A model generated the notes under the pieces. It ran no database searches. It had not been told where the DNA came from and saw only the letters and a program-made list of their open reading frames with translations. A stretch of 64,000 bases of DNA from an uncultured delta proteobacterium (lineage in GTDB: Bacteria; Desulfobacterota; Zymogenia; Zymogenales; Zymogenaceae): assembly GCA_963809875.1 (NCBI GenBank), contig CAWELC010000012.1, positions 16,479-80,478 of the forward strand. Reading direction: 5' to 3'. Made by a program: the position numbers and the translations under genes. Positions 19,360-28,136 of this stretch are shown one piece after another; position 1 is the stretch's first letter, and every line of letters starts with the position of its first letter.

Positions 19360-19935
19360 CTATTTCTTTTCGGAGAGGCGCTTCTTGCTCTCCTCGATGT
19401 ACCGCTTTGATTCCTCATCGTACCCGAAACCGGGGTACTTGGTGATCACATCCTGAAACCGGACGATCGCCGCGTTGAATTCTCCCTTGTCGAAATAGTA
19501 GACGCCGACGTTGTAGCTATAGAGCGCAAGCCTTTCGTGGCAGAGCCTGAGGTAGCTCATGGCGTTGGAGACGTATTTGCTGTTGGGATACATGAGGATC
19601 AGCTGAGAGAATTTTTCGGCGGCCCTTTCCGTATTTGACTGGTCGCGCTTTGTGTCCTCGGAGATCTTGAAATAAGCCAGGCCCTCCCTGAAAAGCGCGT
19701 AAGGGATATTCTCGTTGAGGGGGTGCTTCTTGATGAAGTTGTCGTACGCGACGACCGCACTCGCGTAGTCTTCTTTAGTAAAATAATTCTCGGCGGTGGA
19801 GAGGTCGGCTTCCAGGACCGGGACCGGCTGGCTATCGTCCCTGATGACGTTGTCCGGCCCGCCGCCGCATGCCGCCAGGGAGGCGATAAGGACGACCGAC
19901 AGGATCACCGCAAAGAATGTACGATCATAGGTCAT
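19360..19935 (-). CDS. bamD: Outer membrane protein assembly factor BamD-like lipoprotein
   Basis: Lipobox (LIASLAAC), TPR-like repeats, YfiO/BamD-like ALFREGLAYFK..DQSNTERAAEKFSQLILMYPNSKY..A. The ATG at 19935 (MTYDRTF) is preferred. Confidence 0.65.
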   Translation of the reverse strand: MTYDRTFFAVILSVVLIASLAACGGGPDNVIRDDSQPVPVLEADLSTAENYFTKEDYASAVVAYDNFIKKHPLNENIPYALFREGLAYFKISEDTKRDQSNTERAAEKFSQLILMYPNSKYVSNAMSYLRLCHERLALYSYNVGVYYFDKGEFNAAIVRFQDVITKYPGFGYDEESKRYIEESKKRLSEKK

Positions 19936-20105
19936 AGTATTTCTCCCGTCTGTTTTGTTGGGTATGCACTCGGTGTACGTTAACATCGAATGCGCGGTTT
20001 TGTCAACTAAATTCCTTGCGCGGTCCCCCCGTGGTCGACTTTGTACCGGCGCATGAAACGGTGAAACGGCCGAGTGCGGGCGCCGGCCCGCCGGCGGGTA
20101 AAAAG

Positions 20106-20135
20106 CAAAAAAGCCCCCGCGAGAGGGGCTTTTTC
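20106..20135. terminator. Bidirectional rho-independent terminator downstream of the XRE-family gene
   Basis: A-tract, agcccc-ccgcgaga-ggggct stem-loop, T-tract. Confidence 0.6.
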
Positions 20136-20150
20136 GTCAGCCGAGAGGCG

Positions 20151-20699
20151 CTATTTGCTCAGCTTCAGGAGTTGAAGCTGGTCTTCCAGATATTGAAGGA
20201 CCTTCTCCTGCACCTTGGAGGACAGGAGGCGGAAGCTCGACAGCAGCGTTACCTCGTCACGGTTTATCTTCGAGGGATCCGCATCCTTATAGTCACCGCC
20301 GGATTCCATGACGCTCATAACTTCCTGGGTGGAGCGCAGGAGATTCTCCGCCTCGATGGCTTTTTCCCGCCATATTTCGATTTCGTCGGCCATGTCCTTC
20401 ATGACCTGCTCCTTGAATTCCTCGCCCTTCTCCATGAGCTGATCATTGATGGTCTTGCCGCCGAGTATCCACTCCATGGAGGTATTGGAGAAGCTGGCAA
20501 TGCGCGCCAGTATCGCAGACTCGGGGATCCTGTCCTTGTTGAGGTAGGTCGAGAGGGCCGCAGCGGTGATGTGGCACTTCTCGGCGAACTGGTACTGCTT
20601 GAGCCCCGACTTCTTGATGAGGGACTGGAGCCGCTCCGATACCTCCTTCGGGCTGATATTCATGCGAGACTTTCTCTTTCTTTCTTTCATTTTCTGCAC
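20151..20699 (-). CDS. XRE-family helix-turn-helix protein with coiled-coil-like C-terminal half
   Basis: LKQYQFAEKCHITAAALSTYLNKDRIP. An alternative start at 20663 (MNISPKEV) is possible. Confidence 0.7.
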   Translation of the reverse strand: MQKMKERKRKSRMNISPKEVSERLQSLIKKSGLKQYQFAEKCHITAAALSTYLNKDRIPESAILARIASFSNTSMEWILGGKTINDQLMEKGEEFKEQVMKDMADEIEIWREKAIEAENLLRSTQEVMSVMESGGDYKDADPSKINRDEVTLLSSFRLLSSKVQEKVLQYLEDQLQLLKLSK

Positions 20700-21054
20700 C
20701 GTTCAATAATGACTAAGTTTGAATACTGTATACACACTGCTATAAAAGAAAACCCCCAATTCACCTTTGCTACTATTGCATGGTATCATAGCGCGGAATG
20801 ACTGTAAAGAAAAAAATGAATATGTTTTCGTAAATATTATTAAAACCTTTAAAACTGCCGTATGTAATAGGTAATAATGAGTACTATACACAATCCGGGA
20901 TCTTCCCCGGGCGGATGATTGGACAAGGCGGGGTCAAGCCGTGTCATACGGTTGGGGATCTTCTTCTTAACGGAGAGCGTCCGCTTGCCTGGAACGGAAG
21001 GGCCGTCTCATGACAGAAACGGGCTCAAGCGGTACGCGGATCGGACGCAAATGT

Positions 21055-21088
21055 AAAAACCCGCGAACCGGATAACCGGTCCGCGGGG
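21055..21088 (-). terminator. Rho-independent terminator of rpoH
   Basis: On the minus strand: cccgcggaccgg-ttat-ccggttcgcggg (one mismatch) followed by GTTTTT. Confidence 0.6.
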
Positions 21089-21123
21089 CTTGAGCAGTCT
21101 GTCGCTATCGGGTCCCTATTGGT

Positions 21124-21973
21124 CTACTGGTTTGCCCATTGCTCGATCGCCGGGTCTTTCTTCAGCTTCTTGAGTGCGCCCTCCTCGATCTGGCGCACAC
21201 GCTCGCGCGATATGTGGAAGGTATCGGCGATCTCGGCCAGCGTCTTGGGCCTGGCCGCCATGATCCGATGCCGAACGATGTAGCTCTCCTTTTCGTTCAG
21301 CACGGTCAGGGCCTTCCCGATATCCGACTTGAGCCGTGCCGTCTCCTCCTCGTCGATCAGGCTGGATTCCTGGGTCGGCTCCTCGGATACGAAATCGATG
21401 TAGGTAGTCTCTTCGTCGTCTCTCACGGTCGCGTTCAGCGAGAGGTCGCGGCCGGAGAGCCTGCCGTTCATTTCCCGTACTTCCTGGTCCTTCACGTCAA
21501 GAGTCTGCGCGATGGCCCTGATGTCTTCCTCGGTGGTTGCGTCTATTCCAAGCTTCTTTTTGACCTGTCCCATCTTGTAGAAGAGCTTCTTCTGCGCCTG
21601 GGTCGTCCCGATCTTCACCAGGCTCCACGACTTGACGATGAAGTTTTGGATATAGGCCCTGATCCACCAGACGCCGTACGAGATGAGTCGAAAGCCCTTG
21701 TACGGGTCGAACTTCTTGACAGCCTGCATGAGACCGATATTCCCCTCCTGGATGAGGTCCATGATCTTGAGGCCGTAGTCGGCGTATTCATAGGCGACCT
21801 TGACCACGAACCGGAGGTTGGACACCACCAGCTTATGGGCCGCCTCTATATCCTGATGCTCCCGCCACCGTCACGGCAAGCTCATATTCCTCTTCTTTCG
21901 TGAGGAGGGGAAATCGGTTTATTTTATGTATATAGAGCGCCAGAGCGCTCGTTTTTTCCGGAAGCATTTTCAT
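21124..21973 (-). pseudogene. rpoH: RNA polymerase sigma-32 factor RpoH, one frame break near the N-terminus as assembled (probable sequence error)
   Basis: RpoH box QAQKKLFYKMGQVKKKL and sigma-70 regions 2-4. The first ~38 codons (MKMLPEKTSALALYIHKINRFPLLTKEEEYELAV, SD aggaga) are in a different frame from REHQDIEAAHKLVVSNLRFVVKVA. The break is at ~21860-21875. Confidence 0.8.
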
Positions 21974-22027
21974 CTCCCTATCTCCTTTCCTGTTTCCCTG
22001 AGGCATTATCGGACCTTTCCCGGTGCC

Positions 22028-22054
22028 TTAGCACTCATCCCCATCGAGTGCTAA
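22028..22054. promoter_or_regulatory. Second perfect CIRCE operator, overlapping the rpoH promoter
   Basis: TTAGCACTC-N9-GAGTGCTAA, 55-80 nt upstream of the rpoH ATG (21973). Confidence 0.85.
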
Positions 22055-22082
22055 TTCTACCGCGTCATGAGAAAAAAATCAA
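22054..22082 (-). promoter_or_regulatory. Sigma70-like rpoH promoter
   Basis: Minus strand TTGATT (22082-22077), 17-nt spacer, TAGAAT (22059-22054). The last T of the -10 box is the first base of CIRCE. Confidence 0.5.
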
Positions 22083-22129
22083 GAGAATTTCTTCGCGGAG
22101 CGCATCCATCCCCAAGAAAAGGTATTTCG

Positions 22130-22158
22130 TTGACATCAAGCCCCTGTTAGTATACATT
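22130..22158 (+). promoter_or_regulatory. Sigma70-like promoter of the patatin-like gene (divergent from rpoH)
   Basis: TTGACA (22130-22135), 17-nt spacer, TACATT (22153-22158). Confidence 0.35.
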
Positions 22159-22236
22159 ATTTACCACCCGATTAATAAGATGTTCAGAACGGGAAAAACG
22201 TTTCATCCCCAGGCAACGCGACTCCTCAGGAAAGAC

Positions 22237-23193
22237 ATGAAATCTCCCTTTGACTACCGAACGCTCTTCAAGTACCTCCCCGATAAGTATCGCCTCAAGG
22301 TCGGGCTCGCCCTCGGCAGCGGCGGCGCCCGCGGTTTAACACATCTCGGGGTGATCAACGCGCTTACGTCGGCCGGCGTCAAGATCGAGTTCGTTGCCGG
22401 GGCGAGCGTGGGGGCGCTCGTCGGGGCGTTTCTCGCGGCCGGAAAGCTGGATGATCTCGTCAGGTTTGTCGCCCCCCTCACGCGGAAGGAATCTCTGAAG
22501 CTTGCCGATATCATGTTTCCCACCAGCGGGCTTATCGAGGGGAAAAAGATCGAGCAATTTCTCCGTGATCACCTCGGTGACGCGCGGATAGAGGATTGCC
22601 GATTCCTTTCGCGTGCGTCGCCACGAATTTCTACACCGGCCAGGAGGTGATCCTGACCAGGGGCGATCTCGTGACCGCGGTGCGCGCCTCCATCTCCATC
22701 CCCGGGGTATTTAAGCCGGTGACGGTGGGCGGACATGCTGCTGGTGGACGGCGGGGTCGTCAATCCGGTGCCGGTCCAGGTGGTCAGGGACCTCGGGGCC
22801 GAGTTCATCATTGCCGTGGACATCTGCCCCGAGATCGAGAAGAAAATGGCGGTCAAACGGACGGCCATCGATCAGAAAGAAACGCGGGCGCGCGCGTCCG
22901 GCGGTGGTGAGCGAAAGCTGCCGAACGTCTTTGATATCATCATGGGATCGATCGGCATCATGGAGTCACAAATCGTCGGTATGCGTATGAAGACCGAGCG
23001 GCCCGATGTTATCATCAAGCCGCAGGTGGAAGATATGGGCACGTATGATTTCCACCGGTACGCGGAGGGGGTCGACCGTGGACGGTCGGCGGCAGGACTC
23101 ATTGTCTCAAAGATCAGGAAATATATCAGCGTAAAAAAAGAGCTTCCCGCGCCGAGCGCCGTTGAAAAACGGCCCGACGGCACGCTGACGTAG
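22237..23193 (+). pseudogene. Patatin-like phospholipase with the middle third out of frame (-1 then +1; possible sequence error)
   Basis: GLALGSGGARG, GASVGA (GxSxG), LLVDGGVVNPVP (catalytic Asp). The segment PIPFACVATNFYTGQEVILTRGDLVTAVRASISIPGVFKPV is encoded in another frame between ~22591-22601 and ~22728-22737. Confidence 0.75.
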
Positions 23194-23235
23194 CGGCAGC
23201 CACATCGTCACATCACCCCATATGGAAGGACGACA

Positions 23236-24138
23236 ATGATCGGCAAGAGGGCAACGGGAAAGGAGCAGGTGCTCTCACGGCTCATGCTCGAGAGCGCCGG
23301 GGATATCGCCCAGCGGATAAAGGCGCAGGAGGTATTCGTCATCATTCAGGGGCAGGACGACTACGAGCGGACCGGTGAGCAGATCAAGAAGATGAACGCC
23401 GTGCCGGTGGTGCGGGGAGATGATTTCTTCCAGGAGGTGTTTTCCATCCACGGCAAGGCGCTCAAGGTCCCGGATATCAAGCTCACGCGCATGGGCCAGA
23501 TCAAGGTGGCGGTAATGCTTGCCATCTCCGGCGGAATCATCAAGCCGGGCGACCGGATCGTCTGCGTGACGGGAGTCGCGTCCTTCGGAAACAACGATTC
23601 GGTGGTGGTGATCGATACGGAAAGGGAGTTCGAGATCTTCAGCTCCGCAAAGCTGCTGGACGTTCCCGATTCGGTCCGTCCGGACGTCTTTGAGACGGTG
23701 CTGAATCTCGCCATGGAGCTGGCCGCCCGGGGCAGAGAAGGGAAATCGGTCGGCACCATCTTCGTCCTGGGGGACGAGGAGCGCGTGCTGCAGCTCTCAC
23801 GTCAACTGATCATCAACCCCTTCAAGGGGTATTCGGAAGAAGAGCTCTCCATCCACGACCCGCAGCTCCGCGACGCCATAAAGGAATTCTCGGCGATCGA
23901 CGGCGCCTTCGTCGTGCGGGGGGACGGCGTGCTGGTGACCGCCGGGAGGCACCTCAACGCGGCCCTCGAGGAAGAGGATATGCCCAAGGGGCTTGGGAGC
24001 CGGCACGTGGCAGCCGCCGGGATTACATCACTGACCGACGCAATAGCCATCGTCATATCAGAGTCGGCCGGAACGGTGCGAATATTCAAGAAGGGCAAGG
24101 TCTTCATGGAGATCGAGCGGCCCCCGATCGGTGCGTAG
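23236..24138 (+). CDS. Diadenylate cyclase (DAC domain) with N-terminal pyruvate-kinase-C-like regulatory domain (CdaZ/DacZ-like architecture)
   Basis: C-terminal half aligns to DAC motifs: GTIFVLGD (GALIVI), IDGAFVV (DGA), GSRHVAAAGITSLTDAIAIVISESAGTVRIF (RHR..SEETG). No TM helices and no DisA HhH domain. Confidence 0.65.
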   Translation: MIGKRATGKEQVLSRLMLESAGDIAQRIKAQEVFVIIQGQDDYERTGEQIKKMNAVPVVRGDDFFQEVFSIHGKALKVPDIKLTRMGQIKVAVMLAISGGIIKPGDRIVCVTGVASFGNNDSVVVIDTEREFEIFSSAKLLDVPDSVRPDVFETVLNLAMELAARGREGKSVGTIFVLGDEERVLQLSRQLIINPFKGYSEEELSIHDPQLRDAIKEFSAIDGAFVVRGDGVLVTAGRHLNAALEEEDMPKGLGSRHVAAAGITSLTDAIAIVISESAGTVRIFKKGKVFMEIERPPIGA

Positions 24139-24143
24139 GGCGC

Positions 24144-25080
24144 ATGAATATCGGTCGTCTCCAGCTTAGCTCCCGCCTGCTGGCCGCGCCGATGGCCGGC
24201 GTCATCGATGTCAGCATGCGGATACTCCTGATCGCCCACGGGGCGGGAATGGTCTTTTCGGAGATGGTCAGCGCCGAGGGGATCAGGAGAGACCAGCCGG
24301 GAAGCACGGCCCTGATTACCTGCCACCCCCGGGAAGCGCCGTGCGCCGTTCAGCTCTTCGGGAGGGACCCGTCGGCGCTGGCCGACGCCGCCCGATACGC
24401 CCAGGAACGCGGGGCGGCCCTGGTGGACGTCAACATGGGCTGTCCGGTCAAGAAGGTCGTGCGTCAGGGGGCGGGGGCGGCCCTCCTCAAGGAGCCCGAT
24501 CTCTGCGGGCGGATCATCGAATCGGTGGTCCGCGCGGTCACGGTGCCGGTTACGGCCAAGATCCGGGCGGGGTGGGACGCGTCCTCGATCAACTATCGAG
24601 ATATCGGCCTTCGGCTGGCGGACGCGGGGGCCGGTGCGGTGATCCTCCACCCCCGAACGGCCGCCCAGTTCTTTGCGGGAACGGCGGACTGGTCCCTGGT
24701 AAAGGATCTGGCGGGACGTCTTTCGGTTCCGGTGATCGGAAGCGGAGATATCTCCGGCCGCGACGAGGCGCGGCGGCGGATGGAAGAGACCGGCGCCGCT
24801 TTCGTCATGATCGGAAGGGCCGCCATGGGAAGACCCTGGGTCTTCTCGTCCAACGGGACACGAACCGGGGCCTCGCGACCTCTTCGCGATGATCGAGCGG
24901 CATCGACTGATTATCGACGAGCTCTACCCTCCGAGGAAGGCGGCTTCCGTCCTGAAACGACACTGCACCTACTACGTGAGGGGGCACGTCGGGGCGGCCG
25001 GCGCGCGGGCGGCCCTGATGGGCCGGGAGACGACGGCCGATATCATGGCCTTGATGAGCGGTTACCTCTTGGGCGATTGA
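24144..25080 (+). pseudogene. dusB: tRNA-dihydrouridine synthase (DusB-like), C-terminal helical domain in +1 frame as assembled
   Basis: LAAPMAGV, VDVNMGCPVKKV, IGRAAMGRPWVF in the frame of 24144. The conserved tail DLFAMIERHRLIIDELYPPRKAASVLKRHCTYYVRG is in the +1 frame. Break at ~24845-24870. Confidence 0.8.
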
Positions 25081-25084
25081 CGGA

Positions 25085-26452
25085 ATGCTCATGCAGCAGG
25101 CTCTCGAACCACAGCCGAGAAAGCAGGCGGTGATCTTTCAGCTGACCGAGGACGCGGCGCGGGCCGTCGGCGACGTGCTGAAGGGTCAAAAGATATCGGT
25201 CATCGAGGAGACGCACCTGGCCAACGTCCGGCGTGTTCTCAAGGCGGACCGTCCCGATTTCCTCTTTATCGGATCGTCCTATCTCCTCAAGCGGGGAGAG
25301 GCCCTCCTGTCTTCGATCAAGAAGGGTCGACCCGATGTATCGATCATCATCGCGGTTGAAGAGAAAGACCGACAGCGCCTGGCGTCTCTTCTGGGCCCCC
25401 GCGTCTCCGGCTTCCTCTGCGAGCCCTACTACCCGAAGGAGATTCTCTTTGTCCTTTTCTCCACCGAACGGACGGCCGAGACCGACGCAAAAGATCGAGT
25501 CGCCGAGGCATTGCTGACAAATTTCGGAAATCCCCATAAGGTCTTCATCGGGCGGTCTCATAACGCGCACCAGGTCAGGAGGGATACGTCGGCCGCCAGA
25601 AAGGGGAGCGGCCACGTGTTGTTTATCGGTGAGGCAGGCACGGGGAAGACCCAGCTGTCGTTATGCGTCCATCTGAGGCCCGGCCGCTTCCTGACCCCCC
25701 TGAGTCTCTTCGACCCCCTCACGGAAACGAGGAAGAAGAGGCGCAGCGTCTCCCATCTTGACGACGCGAACCTCTCCGGGGGGACCCTGATCGTAAAGAA
25801 CAGCCAGCACCTTTCGTCGCGTGAGGCGACGCTGATCGAGTCAATGCTCACCAAGCACGTCGACGCCGGCCCTAAGTCACCTCGGATTATTGTCCACCAT
25901 GATCCCTCTTTCGGTATCGAGGAACGGTTCGATCATTCTCGCTTTGCCCATACGATCCGCATAGACCCCCTGCGGGAGCGCCCCGAAGATATCGGTGCTA
26001 TATTCGGCTATTACGTCAACAGTGTCTCGATGGTGCTGGGCATCCCGCGGGTCTCGGTAACCCCTTCGGCGCGCAAGATGCTCATGCGCTACCCGTGGCC
26101 GAAAAACGTCCGGGATCTCATCGGGGTGGTCATATTCACGATGGTCACCGAGACCGGGGGGGCGGTGGATCCGCTTTCGCTTCCCGATTTCATCACGAAG
26201 GAAGACCCGGACCCTCTCGGGAGGATCTCGCTGGAAAACCTCCTCTCGTCCAAACTGAAACCCATCGTATCCAAGATGGATCTGGACAGGGTTCGGGGTC
26301 TCTACAATATTATCCTCTCCAGGGTGGAGGCTCCCCTCATCAAGATGGTGCTGGATCGGACCGGACGCAACCAATCCAGGGCCGCAAAGATCCTCGGCAT
26401 CAACCGCAACACCCTCAAGAAAAAGATCGATGAGTACCAAATCAACAAATAG
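25085..26452 (+). CDS. Degenerate NtrC/bEBP-like regulator with Fis-type HTH (pseudo-receiver, inactive-looking AAA+ core)
   Basis: VLFIGEAGTGKT (Walker A), PLRERPEDI, YPWPKNVRDL. No GAFTGA loop. Walker B region reads GGTLIVKNSQHL. C-terminal NQSRAAKILGINRNTLKKKIDEY. The N-terminal receiver-like region lacks the acceptor Asp. Confidence 0.65.
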   Translation: MLMQQALEPQPRKQAVIFQLTEDAARAVGDVLKGQKISVIEETHLANVRRVLKADRPDFLFIGSSYLLKRGEALLSSIKKGRPDVSIIIAVEEKDRQRLASLLGPRVSGFLCEPYYPKEILFVLFSTERTAETDAKDRVAEALLTNFGNPHKVFIGRSHNAHQVRRDTSAARKGSGHVLFIGEAGTGKTQLSLCVHLRPGRFLTPLSLFDPLTETRKKRRSVSHLDDANLSGGTLIVKNSQHLSSREATLIESMLTKHVDAGPKSPRIIVHHDPSFGIEERFDHSRFAHTIRIDPLRERPEDIGAIFGYYVNSVSMVLGIPRVSVTPSARKMLMRYPWPKNVRDLIGVVIFTMVTETGGAVDPLSLPDFITKEDPDPLGRISLENLLSSKLKPIVSKMDLDRVRGLYNIILSRVEAPLIKMVLDRTGRNQSRAAKILGINRNTLKKKIDEYQINK

Positions 26453-26481
26453 GATGACCCCGCAGGCCTGATTGATTCCCC

Positions 26482-26510
26482 TTGACAGGTCCATTGCCGT
26501 TTTATATTAT
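26482..26510 (+). promoter_or_regulatory. Sigma70-like promoter of gmhA
   Basis: TTGACA (26482-26487), 17-nt spacer, TATTAT (26505-26510). Confidence 0.45.
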
Positions 26511-26538
26511 GAGTCTCTATCCGATGCAGAGGAATTCC

Positions 26539-27120
26539 ATGGACCCGGTTATTCAGGATGCGTTCATCGACAGCGCCCAGATCAAGAAGAAATTCGCCGA
26601 GACGTACGAAAAGAAGATCGTTGAGGTCGCCGGGTTGATCGTCAGGGCGTTCAAGGCGGGAAACAAACTGCTCTTATTCGGAAACGGGGGAAGCGCGGCC
26701 GACTGCCAGCATATAGCGGCCGAATTCGTTAACCGGTTCAAGATCGATCGCCCGCCCCTGCCGGCGCTCGCGCTCACCACCGATACCTCGATCCTGACGA
26801 GCATCGGAAACGACTTTGATTTCTCGGACATATTCGTAAAACAGATCAAGGCGCTCGGGGTCAAGGGGGACGTTGCCGTGGCCGTCAGCACGAGCGGCAA
26901 ATCGCGCAACATCACCAAAGCCCTCGAAGGGGCATCGAAGCTGGGAATTGTCACCGTCCTCTTTACCGGCGGTGATGGGGGGCCCGCCCTGGAACTGGCC
27001 GAATACGCCTTTGTTGTCCCGACGAGAAACACCCCGCGGATTCAGGAAGTCCATATCGCCCTCGGCCACGTCCTGTGCGAGCTGGTGGATAACAAGCTCT
27101 TTGGCGGTGGGGCCGCATGA
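26539..27120 (+). CDS. gmhA: D-sedoheptulose 7-phosphate isomerase (SIS domain)
   Basis: LLFGNGGSAADCQHIAAEFVNRF, AVSTSGKSRNI, EVHIALGHVLCELV. The ATG at 26539 follows SD agagga. The longer ORF start at 26482 overlaps the promoter. Confidence 0.8.
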   Translation: MDPVIQDAFIDSAQIKKKFAETYEKKIVEVAGLIVRAFKAGNKLLLFGNGGSAADCQHIAAEFVNRFKIDRPPLPALALTTDTSILTSIGNDFDFSDIFVKQIKALGVKGDVAVAVSTSGKSRNITKALEGASKLGIVTVLFTGGDGGPALELAEYAFVVPTRNTPRIQEVHIALGHVLCELVDNKLFGGGAA

Positions 27121-28079
27121 CCAGGCACGGCTTTGTCCCTCTGGATCTGACGAAGATAAAGACCTACTCCCTGGAGGATCGCACAAGCAAGGTAACCGTG
27201 GCCGACTTTGCCCGCCCGCCCGTGGCCGGCATGACTGTCAGGGAATTCATCGACGGGCTTGGGGGGATCCTTGCCGCGGGCGACCTCAGGGCAGTGATCG
27301 GGGCGGTGGTGGATGCCGTGAAGGCGCGCCGTCCGGTGATGATGGCCATGGGCGCCCACGTCATCAAGGTGGGGCTGGCCCCGCTCATCGTCGACCTGAT
27401 GGAGCGCCGGATCGTCAGCCTGGTAGCCCTCAACGGAGCGGGAATCGTCCACGACTTTGAGCTGGCTTACGCCGGATCGACCTCCGAGGATGTGGACGCC
27501 GTCCTGCCCGGAGGGGAGTTCGGGATGGCCCGGGAAACCTCCCGGTACCTGAACGAGGCGATACGCGAAGGAGCCCGCAACGGGCAGGGCATCGGGCAGG
27601 CCGTAGGTTCGATGATCGAGCGTGAGGGTCTCCCTCACCGCCGGCACAGCATCCTGGCGGCGGGCGCGCGCCTCGATATCCCCGTGACCGTTCACGTGGC
27701 GGTCGGTACCGACATTATCCACATGCATCCGGACGCCTCCGGTGAGGCGATCGGCGCCGGGTCGCTTGCCGACTTTCGTACCTTTGCCTCGGCAGTCGCC
27801 ACCCTATCAGGGGGAGTCTATTTCAACATCGGATCGGCGGTGATCCTGCCGGAGGTTTTCCTCAAGGCGATATCGCTCGCCCGCAACGTGGGTGCGGCCG
27901 TCGAGGACTTCACGACGGTCAACATGGACTTTATGCGTCACTACCGCCCCCAGACGAACGTCGTCGGGCGGCCCACGGCCGGGACGGGAAGGGGGATTAC
28001 GCTCATCGGCCACCATGAGATCATGGTGCCGCTGGTCTGTGCCGGGATCATCGACGCGCTGGAGACCGGGGTAAAATGA
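27117..28079 (+). CDS. Conserved hypothetical protein, weak resemblance to the deoxyhypusine synthase-like fold
   Basis: ATGA overlap with the gmhA stop. GAHVIKVGLAPLIVDLMERRIVSLVALNGAGIVHDFE and IPVTVHVAVGTDIIHMHP recall DHS-family patterns. Family not securely recognised. Confidence 0.35.
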   Translation: MTRHGFVPLDLTKIKTYSLEDRTSKVTVADFARPPVAGMTVREFIDGLGGILAAGDLRAVIGAVVDAVKARRPVMMAMGAHVIKVGLAPLIVDLMERRIVSLVALNGAGIVHDFELAYAGSTSEDVDAVLPGGEFGMARETSRYLNEAIREGARNGQGIGQAVGSMIEREGLPHRRHSILAAGARLDIPVTVHVAVGTDIIHMHPDASGEAIGAGSLADFRTFASAVATLSGGVYFNIGSAVILPEVFLKAISLARNVGAAVEDFTTVNMDFMRHYRPQTNVVGRPTAGTGRGITLIGHHEIMVPLVCAGIIDALETGVK

Positions 28080-28136
28080 GGGTCCGAGTCTGTACAGGAC
28101 ATCCCGGCGGGTGCGGGAGAGGGGGGAGGCCTTTCG

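Noticed and set aside
20151-20699. The XRE-family gene as the antitoxin or repressor of a toxin-antitoxin pair or prophage remnant.
   Set aside because: There is no adjacent small partner ORF, integrase, phage gene or att-like repeat. Only the AT-rich upstream region is unusual, and that is reported separately.
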